Positions 8,991 to 18,577 are shown, numbered from the stretch's first letter. The stretch is DNA of 60,692 nucleotides from Syntrophobacterales bacterium (GCA_037441775.1 JBBIRO010000013.1:1-60692); one strand, 5' to 3'. The notes: a model not told the origin generated them from the sequence alone. Numbers and translations are program-made.

Positions 8991-9005
8991 GCTTTTTTAC
9001 GAAGC
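8991..9005 (+). repeat. copy of the dispersed motif (GCTTTTTTACGAAGC)
   Basis: It is inverted relative to the 8843..8858 copy and lies 189 nt upstream of the plus-strand gene at 9195. Confidence 0.5.
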
Positions 9006-9194
9006 GGTGAGCTTTGTCGCGGATACGCAAAATCGCATTCCCCAGGTTAATTCTTATCACATTTTTACGCCTTTCCAAGGTATTTTGTTTTTGCTATATG
9101 TTTTCCCTCTATCCGCTTCCGTGAGTGGAGCAGATAGGGACTTTTTCGCGGCGACAATCATTAACAACTTAACGGAAGCGATTTGAGGTATTAG

Positions 9195-10217
9195 ATGAAG
9201 GAAACGATATTTACGGCGGCTTCGGGATCAACGGCAGAGATAGTTCCAGCCTTGAGGAGGACTTTAGAGCAAATTAGTCTTCCCTACGGGCCGGGCGATC
9301 GGGTGGGGATAAAGCTGCATTGGGGAGAGAAGGGGAACCGGACATTCCTGGCTGCGGACTATGCCCGGGAAGCGTCCCGCTTTCTTATTGATCGGGGCAT
9401 GAAACCATTTGTCTTGGATACCACGGTGCTCTATTCGGGGGGACGCCGCAGTGGGGCCGATTCTCTTAAAACAGCGGCGGAACATGGCTACACGGAGGAT
9501 TATCTTGGTTGTCCGGTGATTATTGCCGATGGTTTAGACGGCCGGGAAATAAGCGATATTCCTGCCGGCTACAAGCACTTTAAAACCGTGCAAGTGGCCA
9601 ATGCAGTCCAAAGTTTGGACGCTTTTCTTATCCTAAGCCATTTCAAGGGGCATATGGTTTCCGGTTTCGGCGGGGCGATAAAAAACATCTCCATGGGGTT
9701 GGCATCCCGGGCGCAGAAACAGCGGATGCATTCTGATGCGCGACCTACGTTGAACCAGAAGAAGTGCAGCCGCTGCGGGGTTTGTATTGAAGTCTGCCCT
9801 GTCGGGGCGGGGAGAATGGATGATGGTTCCTTCCCCCTGTATGACCTTAAGGTCTGTACCGGCTGTGCCCAGTGCATTGCCATGTGCCCGGAGCTCGCCC
9901 TGCGCGTTCTTTGGGGAACCGACATCCACGTCTTTCAGGAGAAGCTGGTCGAGACGGCCGCCGCCGTATGGCGGCTGATTGAAAAAAAGACGGTGCTGAT
10001 TAATATGCTTCTCAACATCACTGCGGAATGCGATTGTCTCACCGGCCAGCATCCCCGGATCTCCCCTGATCTGGGAATCATCGGCGGGTATCACCCCGTT
10101 GCGATCGATGAGGAGTCTGTAAACAGGGTTGGTTTTAGCATAATCGACCAGGCGCACCCGGGGATTCCCTGGCGCCATCAGTTCAGCTATGCCCGCTCAA
10201 TTGGCTGTAAACCTTGA
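9195..10217 (+). CDS. DUF362-type protein with 2x[4Fe-4S] ferredoxin insert
   Basis: 340 aa. Two CxxCxxCxxxCP motifs are present (CSRCGVCIEVCP, CTGCAQCIAMCP) inside a DUF362-like core ('SHFKGHMVSGFGGAIKN'). Confidence 0.7.
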   Translation: MKETIFTAASGSTAEIVPALRRTLEQISLPYGPGDRVGIKLHWGEKGNRTFLAADYAREASRFLIDRGMKPFVLDTTVLYSGGRRSGADSLKTAAEHGYTEDYLGCPVIIADGLDGREISDIPAGYKHFKTVQVANAVQSLDAFLILSHFKGHMVSGFGGAIKNISMGLASRAQKQRMHSDARPTLNQKKCSRCGVCIEVCPVGAGRMDDGSFPLYDLKVCTGCAQCIAMCPELALRVLWGTDIHVFQEKLVETAAAVWRLIEKKTVLINMLLNITAECDCLTGQHPRISPDLGIIGGYHPVAIDEESVNRVGFSIIDQAHPGIPWRHQFSYARSIGCKP

Positions 10218-10229
10218 GGACTGAGCCGC

Positions 10230-11036
10230 ATGTTCAATGGAAGACCCTGCCGCCAATGTATTTTCGTTTTAGTATTCCTGGTGGCGGGCTTTTTTCCCGT
10301 TCCCGATGCGTCGGGCAAGAATTTTGGCGAAAAGAGATACCGATTTCGAATAATCAACAGCTATCCGCATGATGCCAATGCCTTCACCCAGGGTCTGATC
10401 TTCCATGACGGCGCCTTGTATGAGGGGACCGGTCTTTACGGCCGGTCATCTTTAAGAAAAGTAGCCCTGGCCACGGGGCAGGTGGAGCAGATTCACCATT
10501 TGGGAGCAGGTTTTTTTGGCGAAGGGATCGCTATTTGCCAGGGCCGGCTTTACCAGTTGACCTGGCAGTCGCGTATTGGCTTCATTTATGAACCCAGGAC
10601 CTTTCGCAAGATCGGCAGTTTTGCCTATGACACTGAAGGCTGGGGGTTAACCTGCGACGGCAGGCAGCTCATAATGAGTGACGGCACAAATTTATTGCGA
10701 TTTTTGGACTTGAAGACGATGGGGGTGGTGAGAACCCTGGCGGTGAAGGCTGAAGGGGGGCCGCTTGCCAACTTAAATGAGTTGGAATATGTTAAGGGTG
10801 AGATATACGCCAACATCTGGAATGCGGACCTCATTGCCCGAATATCGCCTCGCAGCGGCCGGGTGCTGGGCTGGATCGATCTTTCCGGTTTGAGAGCCAT
10901 GCTGGGCAACAGCGGTCGGCCGGAAGCCTTAAACGGTATTGCCTACGATGAAAAGGGAGACCGACTATTTGTGACCGGTAAGCTGTGGCCGAAAATCTTC
11001 CAAATTGAATTGGTGCCCGCATGGAAAGAAGAGTAG
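10230..11036 (+). CDS. glutaminyl-peptide cyclotransferase (beta-propeller, plant/bacterial type), exported
   Basis: 268 aa. A hydrophobic N-terminal signal-like segment is followed by 'YPHDANAFTQGLIFHDGALYEGTGLYGRS', characteristic of this glutaminyl cyclase (QC) family. Confidence 0.7.
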   Translation: MFNGRPCRQCIFVLVFLVAGFFPVPDASGKNFGEKRYRFRIINSYPHDANAFTQGLIFHDGALYEGTGLYGRSSLRKVALATGQVEQIHHLGAGFFGEGIAICQGRLYQLTWQSRIGFIYEPRTFRKIGSFAYDTEGWGLTCDGRQLIMSDGTNLLRFLDLKTMGVVRTLAVKAEGGPLANLNELEYVKGEIYANIWNADLIARISPRSGRVLGWIDLSGLRAMLGNSGRPEALNGIAYDEKGDRLFVTGKLWPKIFQIELVPAWKEE

Positions 11037-12418
11037 AATATAGCGTAACGCAACTAAACGCTGCGATCAGGGAACTTCTGGAGGCGGGCTTCAGTCGAGT
11101 TTTCGTTATGGGTGAGGTATCGAATCTTCGCCGTCCCGCCTCCGGGCACGTTTATTTTACTCTCAAGGACGACAAAAGTCAGATTCGGGCGGTCCTCTTT
11201 CGTTCCTACAGCCGTAGCAGAAGTGAATCGCCTCTGGGAGATCAGAGTGCCATTTTGGAAGAGGGCGCCGAGATTCTCTGCCTGGGTAGGATCGGCGTTT
11301 ACCAGGAGCGTGGCGAATACCAACTGGTGATCGAATGGCTGGAGCCCCGCGGTTACGGCGCCCTGCAGCGGGCCTTTGAAAAGCTCAAGATGCAACTCGA
11401 GCAGGAAGGGCTTTTCGCCAAGAAATTCAAAACCCCTCTGCCTTTTCTACCCCGTGCGATTGGGGTGGTGACATCACCTACCGGAAGCGTCATCCGGGAC
11501 ATTCTCCAGATAACCAAAAGGCGATATCCAAACATGGATATTTACATCGCTCCCACCCGGGTTCAGGGTTCCGGAGCGGCAGAAGAGATAGTCCGGGCGC
11601 TTGCGGCTATAGAAGAGGTCGCCGCAGTGGAGGTGATCATCCTGGCCAGGGGCGGCGGTTCATTGGAGGATCTAGCGTCTTTTAATGACGAACGGGTGGC
11701 CAGGGCCATTTTTGCCTGCCGTGTTCCCGTGGTTTCGGCAGTCGGTCACGAAACCGATTATACTATTGCCGATTTTGTCGCCGACCTCCGGGCGCCGACA
11801 CCCTCGGCTGCTGCGGAAATGGTAGTGCCGATGAGGCGGGATCTGGCGAAAGAACTCTTGGATCACAGGTCTTGTCTGGTCAATGGCATGAGCAGGCTTA
11901 TCCAGGGGCTAGAAGAGAGACTAGCCCGGGCCAGGGAGCATCTGAGGAACCCAAGACGCATCATAGAGGAGGAGCGCCTGCACCTTGACGATCGCTCTGA
12001 GATGATCCTGATGCTCTGTCGGAAGCGCTTGGACCTGGAAAGAAAGAACACCGAGAACCTGCATCTTAGGCTGGAGCATAAATCGCCGATGTCGGTTGCT
12101 GTCCAGGGCAAGAATATGCTTGAAATGATCAAAAGCAATATGATAGGCGCCCTTGGCTCGGCTTTGGCGATGAAACGAGCGGCTATGAGCTCCAAACTGT
12201 CCTTAATCAACAACTTGAATCCTCTTGCGGTGTTAATGCGGGGCTACAGTATCGCCACGACCTGTCCGGATGGGCTTATCTTGAAGGATTCAAGCCGGCT
12301 GGAAAGAGAAGACAAGGTGCAGGTGCAGCTCGCCCGGGGGAGATTCGAGGCGAAGGTTACGAAGATATTTAAGGATGTTGAAAATGGCCAAGGAAAAATA
12401 CGAAGAGGCGCTGGCTAA
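11021..12418 (+). CDS. xseA: exodeoxyribonuclease VII large subunit
   Basis: 465 aa. The N-terminal OB-fold is 'SVTQLNAAIRELLE...VMGEVSN...SGHVYFTLKD', followed by 'GVVTSPTGSVIRDI' and 'LARGGGSLEDL'. The xseB gene follows. Confidence 0.9.
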   Translation: MERRVEYSVTQLNAAIRELLEAGFSRVFVMGEVSNLRRPASGHVYFTLKDDKSQIRAVLFRSYSRSRSESPLGDQSAILEEGAEILCLGRIGVYQERGEYQLVIEWLEPRGYGALQRAFEKLKMQLEQEGLFAKKFKTPLPFLPRAIGVVTSPTGSVIRDILQITKRRYPNMDIYIAPTRVQGSGAAEEIVRALAAIEEVAAVEVIILARGGGSLEDLASFNDERVARAIFACRVPVVSAVGHETDYTIADFVADLRAPTPSAAAEMVVPMRRDLAKELLDHRSCLVNGMSRLIQGLEERLARAREHLRNPRRIIEEERLHLDDRSEMILMLCRKRLDLERKNTENLHLRLEHKSPMSVAVQGKNMLEMIKSNMIGALGSALAMKRAAMSSKLSLINNLNPLAVLMRGYSIATTCPDGLILKDSSRLEREDKVQVQLARGRFEAKVTKIFKDVENGQGKIRRGAG

Positions 12419-12614
12419 GCTGGAAGAAATCGTAGCCAGAATGACCCAGGGAGACCTGCCCTTGGATGACATGCTGAAGTCGTTTGAAGAGGGTATCCGG
12501 CTGGCGCGGGTCTGCGCCAAAAAACTGGATGAAGCCGAACGAAGGGTGCAGTTAATTTTGAAAGAAGATGGCGAAAACGTATTAAAACCCTTCCGGGAGG
12601 AAGAAATTGAGTGA
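12375..12614 (+). CDS. xseB: exodeoxyribonuclease VII small subunit
   Basis: 79 aa with 'YEEALAKLEEIVARMTQGDLPLDDMLKSFEEGIRLARVC', typical of XseB. Confidence 0.9.
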   Translation: MLKMAKEKYEEALAKLEEIVARMTQGDLPLDDMLKSFEEGIRLARVCAKKLDEAERRVQLILKEDGENVLKPFREEEIE

Positions 12615-13521
12615 CTCAAATTCCTTCAGCCTGGAATCATACCTGCGCGAAAAGAAAATAATTGTCGAGCAGGCCCTGACCAGGTATCTGGATTACGAAG
12701 ACCGCCACCCGGCGATCATCTTTGAGGCAACCCGCTACAGCCTGTTTGCCGGCGGTAAAAGGATCAGGCCGATCCTTTGTATCGCCGCCTGGGAAGCCTT
12801 GGGCGGCGGCGGGGGTGATGACGATATTTTGCCGGCGGCCTGCGCCCTGGAGATGATCCACAGCTATTCTCTCGTTCATGATGATCTTCCGGCGATGGAT
12901 AATGACGATTTGCGCCGGGGCGTTCCCACCAGCCACCGCGTCTTTGGCGAGGATATTGCCATTCTTGTCGGCGACGCGCTGCTTACCGGGGCTTTCGAGC
13001 TTCTCTCAAGGCCGGACTTGATGGCGGGCATCGCTTTGGCAACAAGGTTAAAGGTAATTAACATTATTTCTATTGCTGCCGGCATGAACGGCCTGATCGG
13101 CGGCCAGGTACTGGATCTGAAATCCGCAGGGCAAAAGATAGCGCTCGCAACCCTTGAGCAAATGCACAATCTTAAAACCGGAGCGCTGATTGCCGCATCC
13201 CTTAAGGTAGGCGCGCTGCTGGCGGGTGGCGATACGGCGTCAATCGATGCTTTGACCCGTTTTGGGCAGCGGATCGGCCTGACATTTCAGATCAGCGATG
13301 ATCTCCTGAATGTCGAGGGAGACAGGGCGCTCATGGGTAAAAATACCGGCAGTGACGTCCAGCGGGGCAAGGCGACATTTCCCGGCCTGCTTGGTTGTGA
13401 CGAATCCAGGAAACTGGCCTCAAGGCTCACTGAGGAGGCGGTTGCCTGTTTGGCGGGATTTGACAGTAAGGCCGATCCCTTGCGAAAGTTGGCCCGGTTT
13501 ATAGTTGAGAGGAAATTTTAA
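12607..13521 (+). CDS. ispA: (2E,6E)-farnesyl diphosphate synthase / polyprenyl synthetase
   Basis: 304 aa with the two Asp-rich motifs 'LVHDDLPAMDNDDLRRG' and 'FQISDDLLN'. It sits in the conserved xseB-ispA-dxs order. Confidence 0.85.
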   Translation: MSDSNSFSLESYLREKKIIVEQALTRYLDYEDRHPAIIFEATRYSLFAGGKRIRPILCIAAWEALGGGGGDDDILPAACALEMIHSYSLVHDDLPAMDNDDLRRGVPTSHRVFGEDIAILVGDALLTGAFELLSRPDLMAGIALATRLKVINIISIAAGMNGLIGGQVLDLKSAGQKIALATLEQMHNLKTGALIAASLKVGALLAGGDTASIDALTRFGQRIGLTFQISDDLLNVEGDRALMGKNTGSDVQRGKATFPGLLGCDESRKLASRLTEEAVACLAGFDSKADPLRKLARFIVERKF

Positions 13522-13526
13522 TCCAT

Positions 13527-15437
13527 ATGACGCAAAAAACGTTAACGGGCATTCTGGGCTCGGTTGACAGCCCCGAAGATATCCGGCGATTGGACCTGAC
13601 GGGATTGAACCTGCTGGCCCAGGAGATACGCCAAATGATCATTGACACCGTATCAGCTCACGGCGGCCATCTTTCCTCGTCGCTGGGCACGGTGGAACTT
13701 ACCTTGGCCCTTCATCATGTATTTTCGACGCCGGAAGACCGACTTATCTGGGACGTGGGACATCAGGCTTACGCCCACAAGATTATCACCAAAAGGAAGG
13801 ATCTATTCCACTCCTTGCGTCAAAAGGGAGGGATCAGCGGGTTCCCCCGTCGCGAAGAGAGTCCCTATGACGTCTTCAATGTTGGTCACAGTGGCACTTC
13901 CATATCGGCCGCAGCGGGAATTGCGGAAGCCCGTTGCCTGAAGAAAGAAAACTTTAAAGTGCTGGCGGTGATTGGCGACGGTTCAATGGGCTCCGGTATG
14001 GCCTTTGAGGCGCTGAACTGGTCCGGGGATCGGAAAAAAAACCTTATCATTGTCCTCAACGATAACGAGCTTTCAATTTCGCCCAATGTGGGCGCCCTAT
14101 CGTCATACCTCAACCGGATCATGACCGCCCAGCGAGTTACTAAATTTAAAAGCGACTTAAAGACGCTGCTCCGATCGATCCCCTTTGTCGGCCGGCAGAT
14201 GGTAAATTTTTCCCGGCAGCTCGAAGAGGCCTTCAAATCCTTCCTGGTGCCCGGAGTCATCTTCGAAGAGCTGGGGTTTACCTACGTTGGGCCATTGGAG
14301 GGCCATAGGCTGGATAACCTGATCAAGAACTTTGAGAACATCCGTGAGATGTCCGGGCCGGTTTTAGTTCATGTCGTAACCAGGAAGGGGAAGGGTTATA
14401 AGTTTGCCGAGGATGATCCGCAGAAGTTTCATGGCATTGGGCCATTTAACAGGGAAACCGGCGCTGTCCTTTCCTCCAAAACGGCAATTGCCAGTTATAC
14501 CAGGATTTTTGGGGATACTCTGGTTAGCCTGGCCCGGCAAAACCCCGCCCTTGTGGCTATTACGGCGGCCATGTGTGAGGGAACCGGCCTGGATTCCTTT
14601 GCGCGGGAATTTCCCGAGCGTTTTTATGATGTGGGAATTGCGGAGCAGCACGCGATAACCTACGCCGCCGGTCTGGCGGTGGAATCTGTTGTTCCGGTGG
14701 TGGCCATCTATTCCACTTTTATGCAGCGGGGCTATGACCAGATCATCCACGATGTCTGCCTGCAGAAGCTGCCGGTCGTGCTGGCGCTGGATCGCGCCGG
14801 AATTGTCGGCGCCGATGGACCGACGCACCATGGATTGTTCGACCTGTCCTTCCTGCGGTCGCTGCCCAATATCATCATCATGGCTCCCAAGGATGAAAAT
14901 GAGCTGCGGCACATGCTCAAAACTGCCGTGGAATCGGGAGGGCCGGTCGCTATCCGGTACCCACGGGGAGCGGGGGTTGGCGTGCCCCTGGATGAGGAAC
15001 TGCGGCATTTGCCCTGCGGCCGGGGGGAAATAATTACCCAGGGGGAAGCCCTGGCGATCATCGCCATCGGCTCTACCGTGTATCCGGCGCTGGCCGCGGC
15101 GGAAAAACTGTCCGGCCAGGGAGTGAAGGTGACGGTAATAAATGCGCGTTTCGTCAAACCTCTGGATGAAGAGCTGATCCTGTCTGCCGCGCGGACCCAC
15201 CAGAAGATCATCACGATTGAAGAGAACGTCCTTGCGGGCGGTTTCGGCAGCGCCGTGGTGGAGCTTTTGGCCGATCAGGGATTAACGCCGGTCGTTGTCA
15301 AGAGAATGGGTATTCCCGACGAGTTTGTCGAGCAGGCCACTCAGGAAGAGTTGCGCCGGCAATACCGACTGGATGAGGCAGGCATTGTTGCGACCGTACT
15401 GGAAACGCTTGCGGACGGCGGCGGCGGGCAGTCATAA
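13527..15437 (+). CDS. dxs: 1-deoxy-D-xylulose-5-phosphate synthase
   Basis: 636 aa with 'GGHLSSSLGTVELT', the TPP motif 'GDGSMGSGMAFEALN', and transketolase-like central and C-terminal domains. Confidence 0.95.
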   Translation: MTQKTLTGILGSVDSPEDIRRLDLTGLNLLAQEIRQMIIDTVSAHGGHLSSSLGTVELTLALHHVFSTPEDRLIWDVGHQAYAHKIITKRKDLFHSLRQKGGISGFPRREESPYDVFNVGHSGTSISAAAGIAEARCLKKENFKVLAVIGDGSMGSGMAFEALNWSGDRKKNLIIVLNDNELSISPNVGALSSYLNRIMTAQRVTKFKSDLKTLLRSIPFVGRQMVNFSRQLEEAFKSFLVPGVIFEELGFTYVGPLEGHRLDNLIKNFENIREMSGPVLVHVVTRKGKGYKFAEDDPQKFHGIGPFNRETGAVLSSKTAIASYTRIFGDTLVSLARQNPALVAITAAMCEGTGLDSFAREFPERFYDVGIAEQHAITYAAGLAVESVVPVVAIYSTFMQRGYDQIIHDVCLQKLPVVLALDRAGIVGADGPTHHGLFDLSFLRSLPNIIIMAPKDENELRHMLKTAVESGGPVAIRYPRGAGVGVPLDEELRHLPCGRGEIITQGEALAIIAIGSTVYPALAAAEKLSGQGVKVTVINARFVKPLDEELILSAARTHQKIITIEENVLAGGFGSAVVELLADQGLTPVVVKRMGIPDEFVEQATQEELRRQYRLDEAGIVATVLETLADGGGGQS

Positions 15438-15467
15438 AGACGTTTTTACCCCTCAAAAGCATTATTC

Positions 15468-16220
15468 ATGGAGAAAATAGCCAGGGAAAGATTGGATAGG
15501 CTTCTGGTTAATATCCAGGCGGCGCGGGACATTCAAAAGGCTAAGGCGTTGATTATGGCCGGCGTGGTGCTGGTGGATGACAGCAGGATTGATAAACCTG
15601 GTGCCCTCGTGCCGCTAACCGCCGTCATCAGGGTTCTGGGAGATGTGAATCCCTATGTCAGCCGCGGCGGATTGAAACTCAAGGGAGCCATGAAGAGTCT
15701 GTCTGTCGATGTGCGGGGCTTGACGGTTCTTGATGTCGGAGCCTCCACCGGCGGCTTTACCGACTGCCTGCTTAAGGAAGGTGCAAAACTGGTGTACGCC
15801 CTGGACGTGGCTTACGGTCAGCTTGCCTGGGAGCTTAGATCCGACAGCCGGGTGGTGGTTATCGAAAGGACAAATATCCGTCATTACGACGGCAGGGAGA
15901 TAACCGGGCCGGTCGATTTGGTCACCATAGATGTATCCTTTATTTCTCTCAAGGTTGTGATTCCGTCGGCACTGCGGTTCGTAAGGCCCGGAGGAAAGAT
16001 TTTAGCGCTGATCAAGCCTCAGTTCGAGGCCGGCCGAAAGGAAGTTGAAAAAAGCGGGGTGATCAGGGATCACGCCGTCCACCGGCGGGTCAGCGAAGAA
16101 ATTATTGAATTGATCAGCGATTTGGGTCTTAAATTCATGGGAACTTGCGAATCGGCGATTGTTGGCCCTCAGGGCAACAAGGAATTTTTTATTCTCGCCC
16201 GGGTCCCAGGGGAAAGATGA
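15468..16220 (+). CDS. tlyA: TlyA-family rRNA 2'-O-methyltransferase
   Basis: 250 aa. An S4-like N-terminus ('RLDRLLV') is joined to an FtsJ-type SAM motif 'VLDVGASTGGFTD'. Confidence 0.85.
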   Translation: MEKIARERLDRLLVNIQAARDIQKAKALIMAGVVLVDDSRIDKPGALVPLTAVIRVLGDVNPYVSRGGLKLKGAMKSLSVDVRGLTVLDVGASTGGFTDCLLKEGAKLVYALDVAYGQLAWELRSDSRVVVIERTNIRHYDGREITGPVDLVTIDVSFISLKVVIPSALRFVRPGGKILALIKPQFEAGRKEVEKSGVIRDHAVHRRVSEEIIELISDLGLKFMGTCESAIVGPQGNKEFFILARVPGER

Positions 16221-17962
16221 TGGATATTGCTCCTTTAGGCGTCAGGTTGGCAAAAACGGCGGGCTTCTGCATGGGAGTTAAGCGGGCGGTGGATATGGCC
16301 CTCGATATGTCCCGGCAAAAACGTTATGGTCGCGTCTGCAGCTATGGCCCGTTGATCCACAACCCCCAGACCATGGAACTCCTCAAGGCTCAGGGGATAA
16401 CGATTCTCAATGACCTCGCGCCGGTTAAGGGAGAGGATGTTGTGATCATCATCAGGGCGCACGGAATCGCCCCCGCGGAGAGAAAGAAGATCGAGAACAT
16501 GGGCTTCGAGGTGCTCGATGCCACCTGTCCGCGGGTGGCCCATGTGCAGGCCATAATCCGGAAGCACTCGAGAAACGGCTATGATATTGTCATTGTTGGA
16601 GACCACGACCATCCCGAAGTTAATGGGCTGATTGGGTATGCCGAAGGGCGGGTGATGGTAATAAGCGGTCGGGAGGGGGTGGCGGGCCTGCCGGAGACAG
16701 GCCGGTTGTGCGTAGTCGCCCAGACTACCCAGGATGTAGAGCAATACAACGAGATAATCAGTGAAATAAAATTGAAGCATCGTGACGTCCGTGCCTTCGA
16801 CACCATCTGTGATTCTACCGCCAAGAGACAACAGGAAGTATGCACCCTGGCCAAAGAGATGGAAGCCATGATTATCGTGGGCGGAAAAAACAGCGCCAAT
16901 ACCAAAAGGCTGGCCGAACTTTGCGAAAAAGAGGGGGCGGATACCTTTCAAATCGAAACAGCCCTCGAATTAGACGACAAGAAGATGGGCGCCTATAAAA
17001 AAATTGGTATTTCCGCCGGGGCATCCACGCCGAACTGGATCATTGATCAGGTGATGGACCGGGTTGTATCCACGCACCAGACAGGAAATCTGAATTTGCG
17101 GTCTTTACTTCGACTCTGGGTATGGTTAATCAATAATGACATCTATGCCGCAATAGGAGCCGCCGCGCTGACCCTGGCCGGGGCCACGTTAATTGGCGCC
17201 CGGATCAGCGCGCCGGTTCTCCTTGTCGCCTCCCTGTATGTTTATGGGATGCACACCCTCAATCGCCGTATCAATAGTCGGATCAGCGGTGCTCCTGGTT
17301 CGCCTGCCGGCGATCTGCACTCCGGGCGAGACAGAGGCTGCCTTTTTTTCTCCCTGGCTGCGCTGACAACCTCGATGGTTATTGCTTTATTCCTCGGCAG
17401 CGAGTCTTTTTTGCTGTTGCTCGCCATTTCCCTTATGGGCGTGTTGTATCATGTGCCGATCTTCCCCGCTGTTTTCAGGTTCAGGAGCATCAAAGATATA
17501 GCCGGCTCGAAAAATGTATCCATGGCGCTGGCCTGGTCTACGGTGGCCGTGGTACTGCCTGGCCTCCAGCAGGAGGTGATCTCGCTTGCGGCGGTTGTCG
17601 TTTCATTTACGTTTGTCACCTATATCGTCTTCAGCAGATCGGTTATTTCAGATATCTGGGATATCCAGAGCGACCGGCTCAAGGGCCAGGAAACCATGCC
17701 GGTGGTGCTGGGAATCGATTCTGTCCGCCGCCTGATTTTAATCCTTTCACTTCCCGTACTCTTCTTGGTTATTGGGGCGGGATTAGCCGGCCTGGTTCCC
17801 GGGCTCTCCTTTTATCTTGCGGCTTGTCTTTTTTATGTATGGATTTGTTTGAGGCTTTGTGATAGAGCGCTCAACATTTCAAACTTCGTTATGGAAGGCC
17901 TGCTGGAAACAAATTATTTTTTGGCGGGCTTAGTGACGCTGATGTGGCTTTACTTTGCCTGA
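16217..17962 (+). CDS. ispH: 4-hydroxy-3-methylbut-2-enyl diphosphate reductase (IspH) fused to a C-terminal UbiA-like polytopic membrane domain
   Basis: The start ATG 16217 overlaps the tlyA stop (ATGA). The N-terminal ~285 aa is IspH ('AGFCMGVKRAV', 'ATCPRV', 'GGKNSANTKRL', 'GASTPNW'). The C-terminal ~300 aa is hydrophobic and carries 'SDIWDIQSDRLKGQETMPVVLG' (UbiA motif 2). Confidence 0.8.
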   Translation: MMDIAPLGVRLAKTAGFCMGVKRAVDMALDMSRQKRYGRVCSYGPLIHNPQTMELLKAQGITILNDLAPVKGEDVVIIIRAHGIAPAERKKIENMGFEVLDATCPRVAHVQAIIRKHSRNGYDIVIVGDHDHPEVNGLIGYAEGRVMVISGREGVAGLPETGRLCVVAQTTQDVEQYNEIISEIKLKHRDVRAFDTICDSTAKRQQEVCTLAKEMEAMIIVGGKNSANTKRLAELCEKEGADTFQIETALELDDKKMGAYKKIGISAGASTPNWIIDQVMDRVVSTHQTGNLNLRSLLRLWVWLINNDIYAAIGAAALTLAGATLIGARISAPVLLVASLYVYGMHTLNRRINSRISGAPGSPAGDLHSGRDRGCLFFSLAALTTSMVIALFLGSESFLLLLAISLMGVLYHVPIFPAVFRFRSIKDIAGSKNVSMALAWSTVAVVLPGLQQEVISLAAVVVSFTFVTYIVFSRSVISDIWDIQSDRLKGQETMPVVLGIDSVRRLILILSLPVLFLVIGAGLAGLVPGLSFYLAACLFYVWICLRLCDRALNISNFVMEGLLETNYFLAGLVTLMWLYFA

Positions 17963-17986
17963 AGGGGAACCGGGAAGCTGACTCAG

Positions 17987-18577
17987 ATGAGAAGAAGACG
18001 TATCTTTTTCCTGATGATTATTTTTTTAGCCGCGGTCTTTGCCGGCTGCGGCGCCGGGAGCTTTTTTAGTGCCTCGTCCGAGAAGGGGGAGTCTTCGCCA
18101 GGCAAAGTTGCTGTCTTTCCCGCTGAAGCCATGGAAAACGCGGCGGCCGGGGCGGCGGTCGAGAACATTTTGGTGGAGCTGATGGCGGCCGCCAAGAGCG
18201 AGGTAATAAGCCCCCTGATCTTGCGCCCTAAGCTAAGCGGCGGGGATCTGCAGCGGTTGGCCGGCGAGTACATCCGGAAGCTTTCTATCCTCAACTTCTC
18301 CGATCCGGAGCTGAGCAAAAAGATAGGGGAGACCCTTGAAATTGATGCCTTTTTATTGCCAAAGGTAGAATACTGGGGCTACTCCAAAAAAGAAGATGGT
18401 AAAGATATCGCAAAAATCGGCATTGGATTGATCCTGATCGAGGCAAAAACCGGCCGGGTGCTATGGCGGGCAATTAAATACGAAAGCAGGGAGTATTTGT
18501 TGTTGAAACCGGCATTGGCCGACGTAGCACGCGACCTCTTGAAAAAGATGGTCAACGAGATGGGGACGACAAAGTAG
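17987..18577 (+). CDS. hypothetical lipoprotein
   Basis: 196 aa with signal peptide and lipobox 'LAAVFAGC'. I recognise no family. Confidence 0.6.
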   Translation: MRRRRIFFLMIIFLAAVFAGCGAGSFFSASSEKGESSPGKVAVFPAEAMENAAAGAAVENILVELMAAAKSEVISPLILRPKLSGGDLQRLAGEYIRKLSILNFSDPELSKKIGETLEIDAFLLPKVEYWGYSKKEDGKDIAKIGIGLILIEAKTGRVLWRAIKYESREYLLLKPALADVARDLLKKMVNEMGTTK

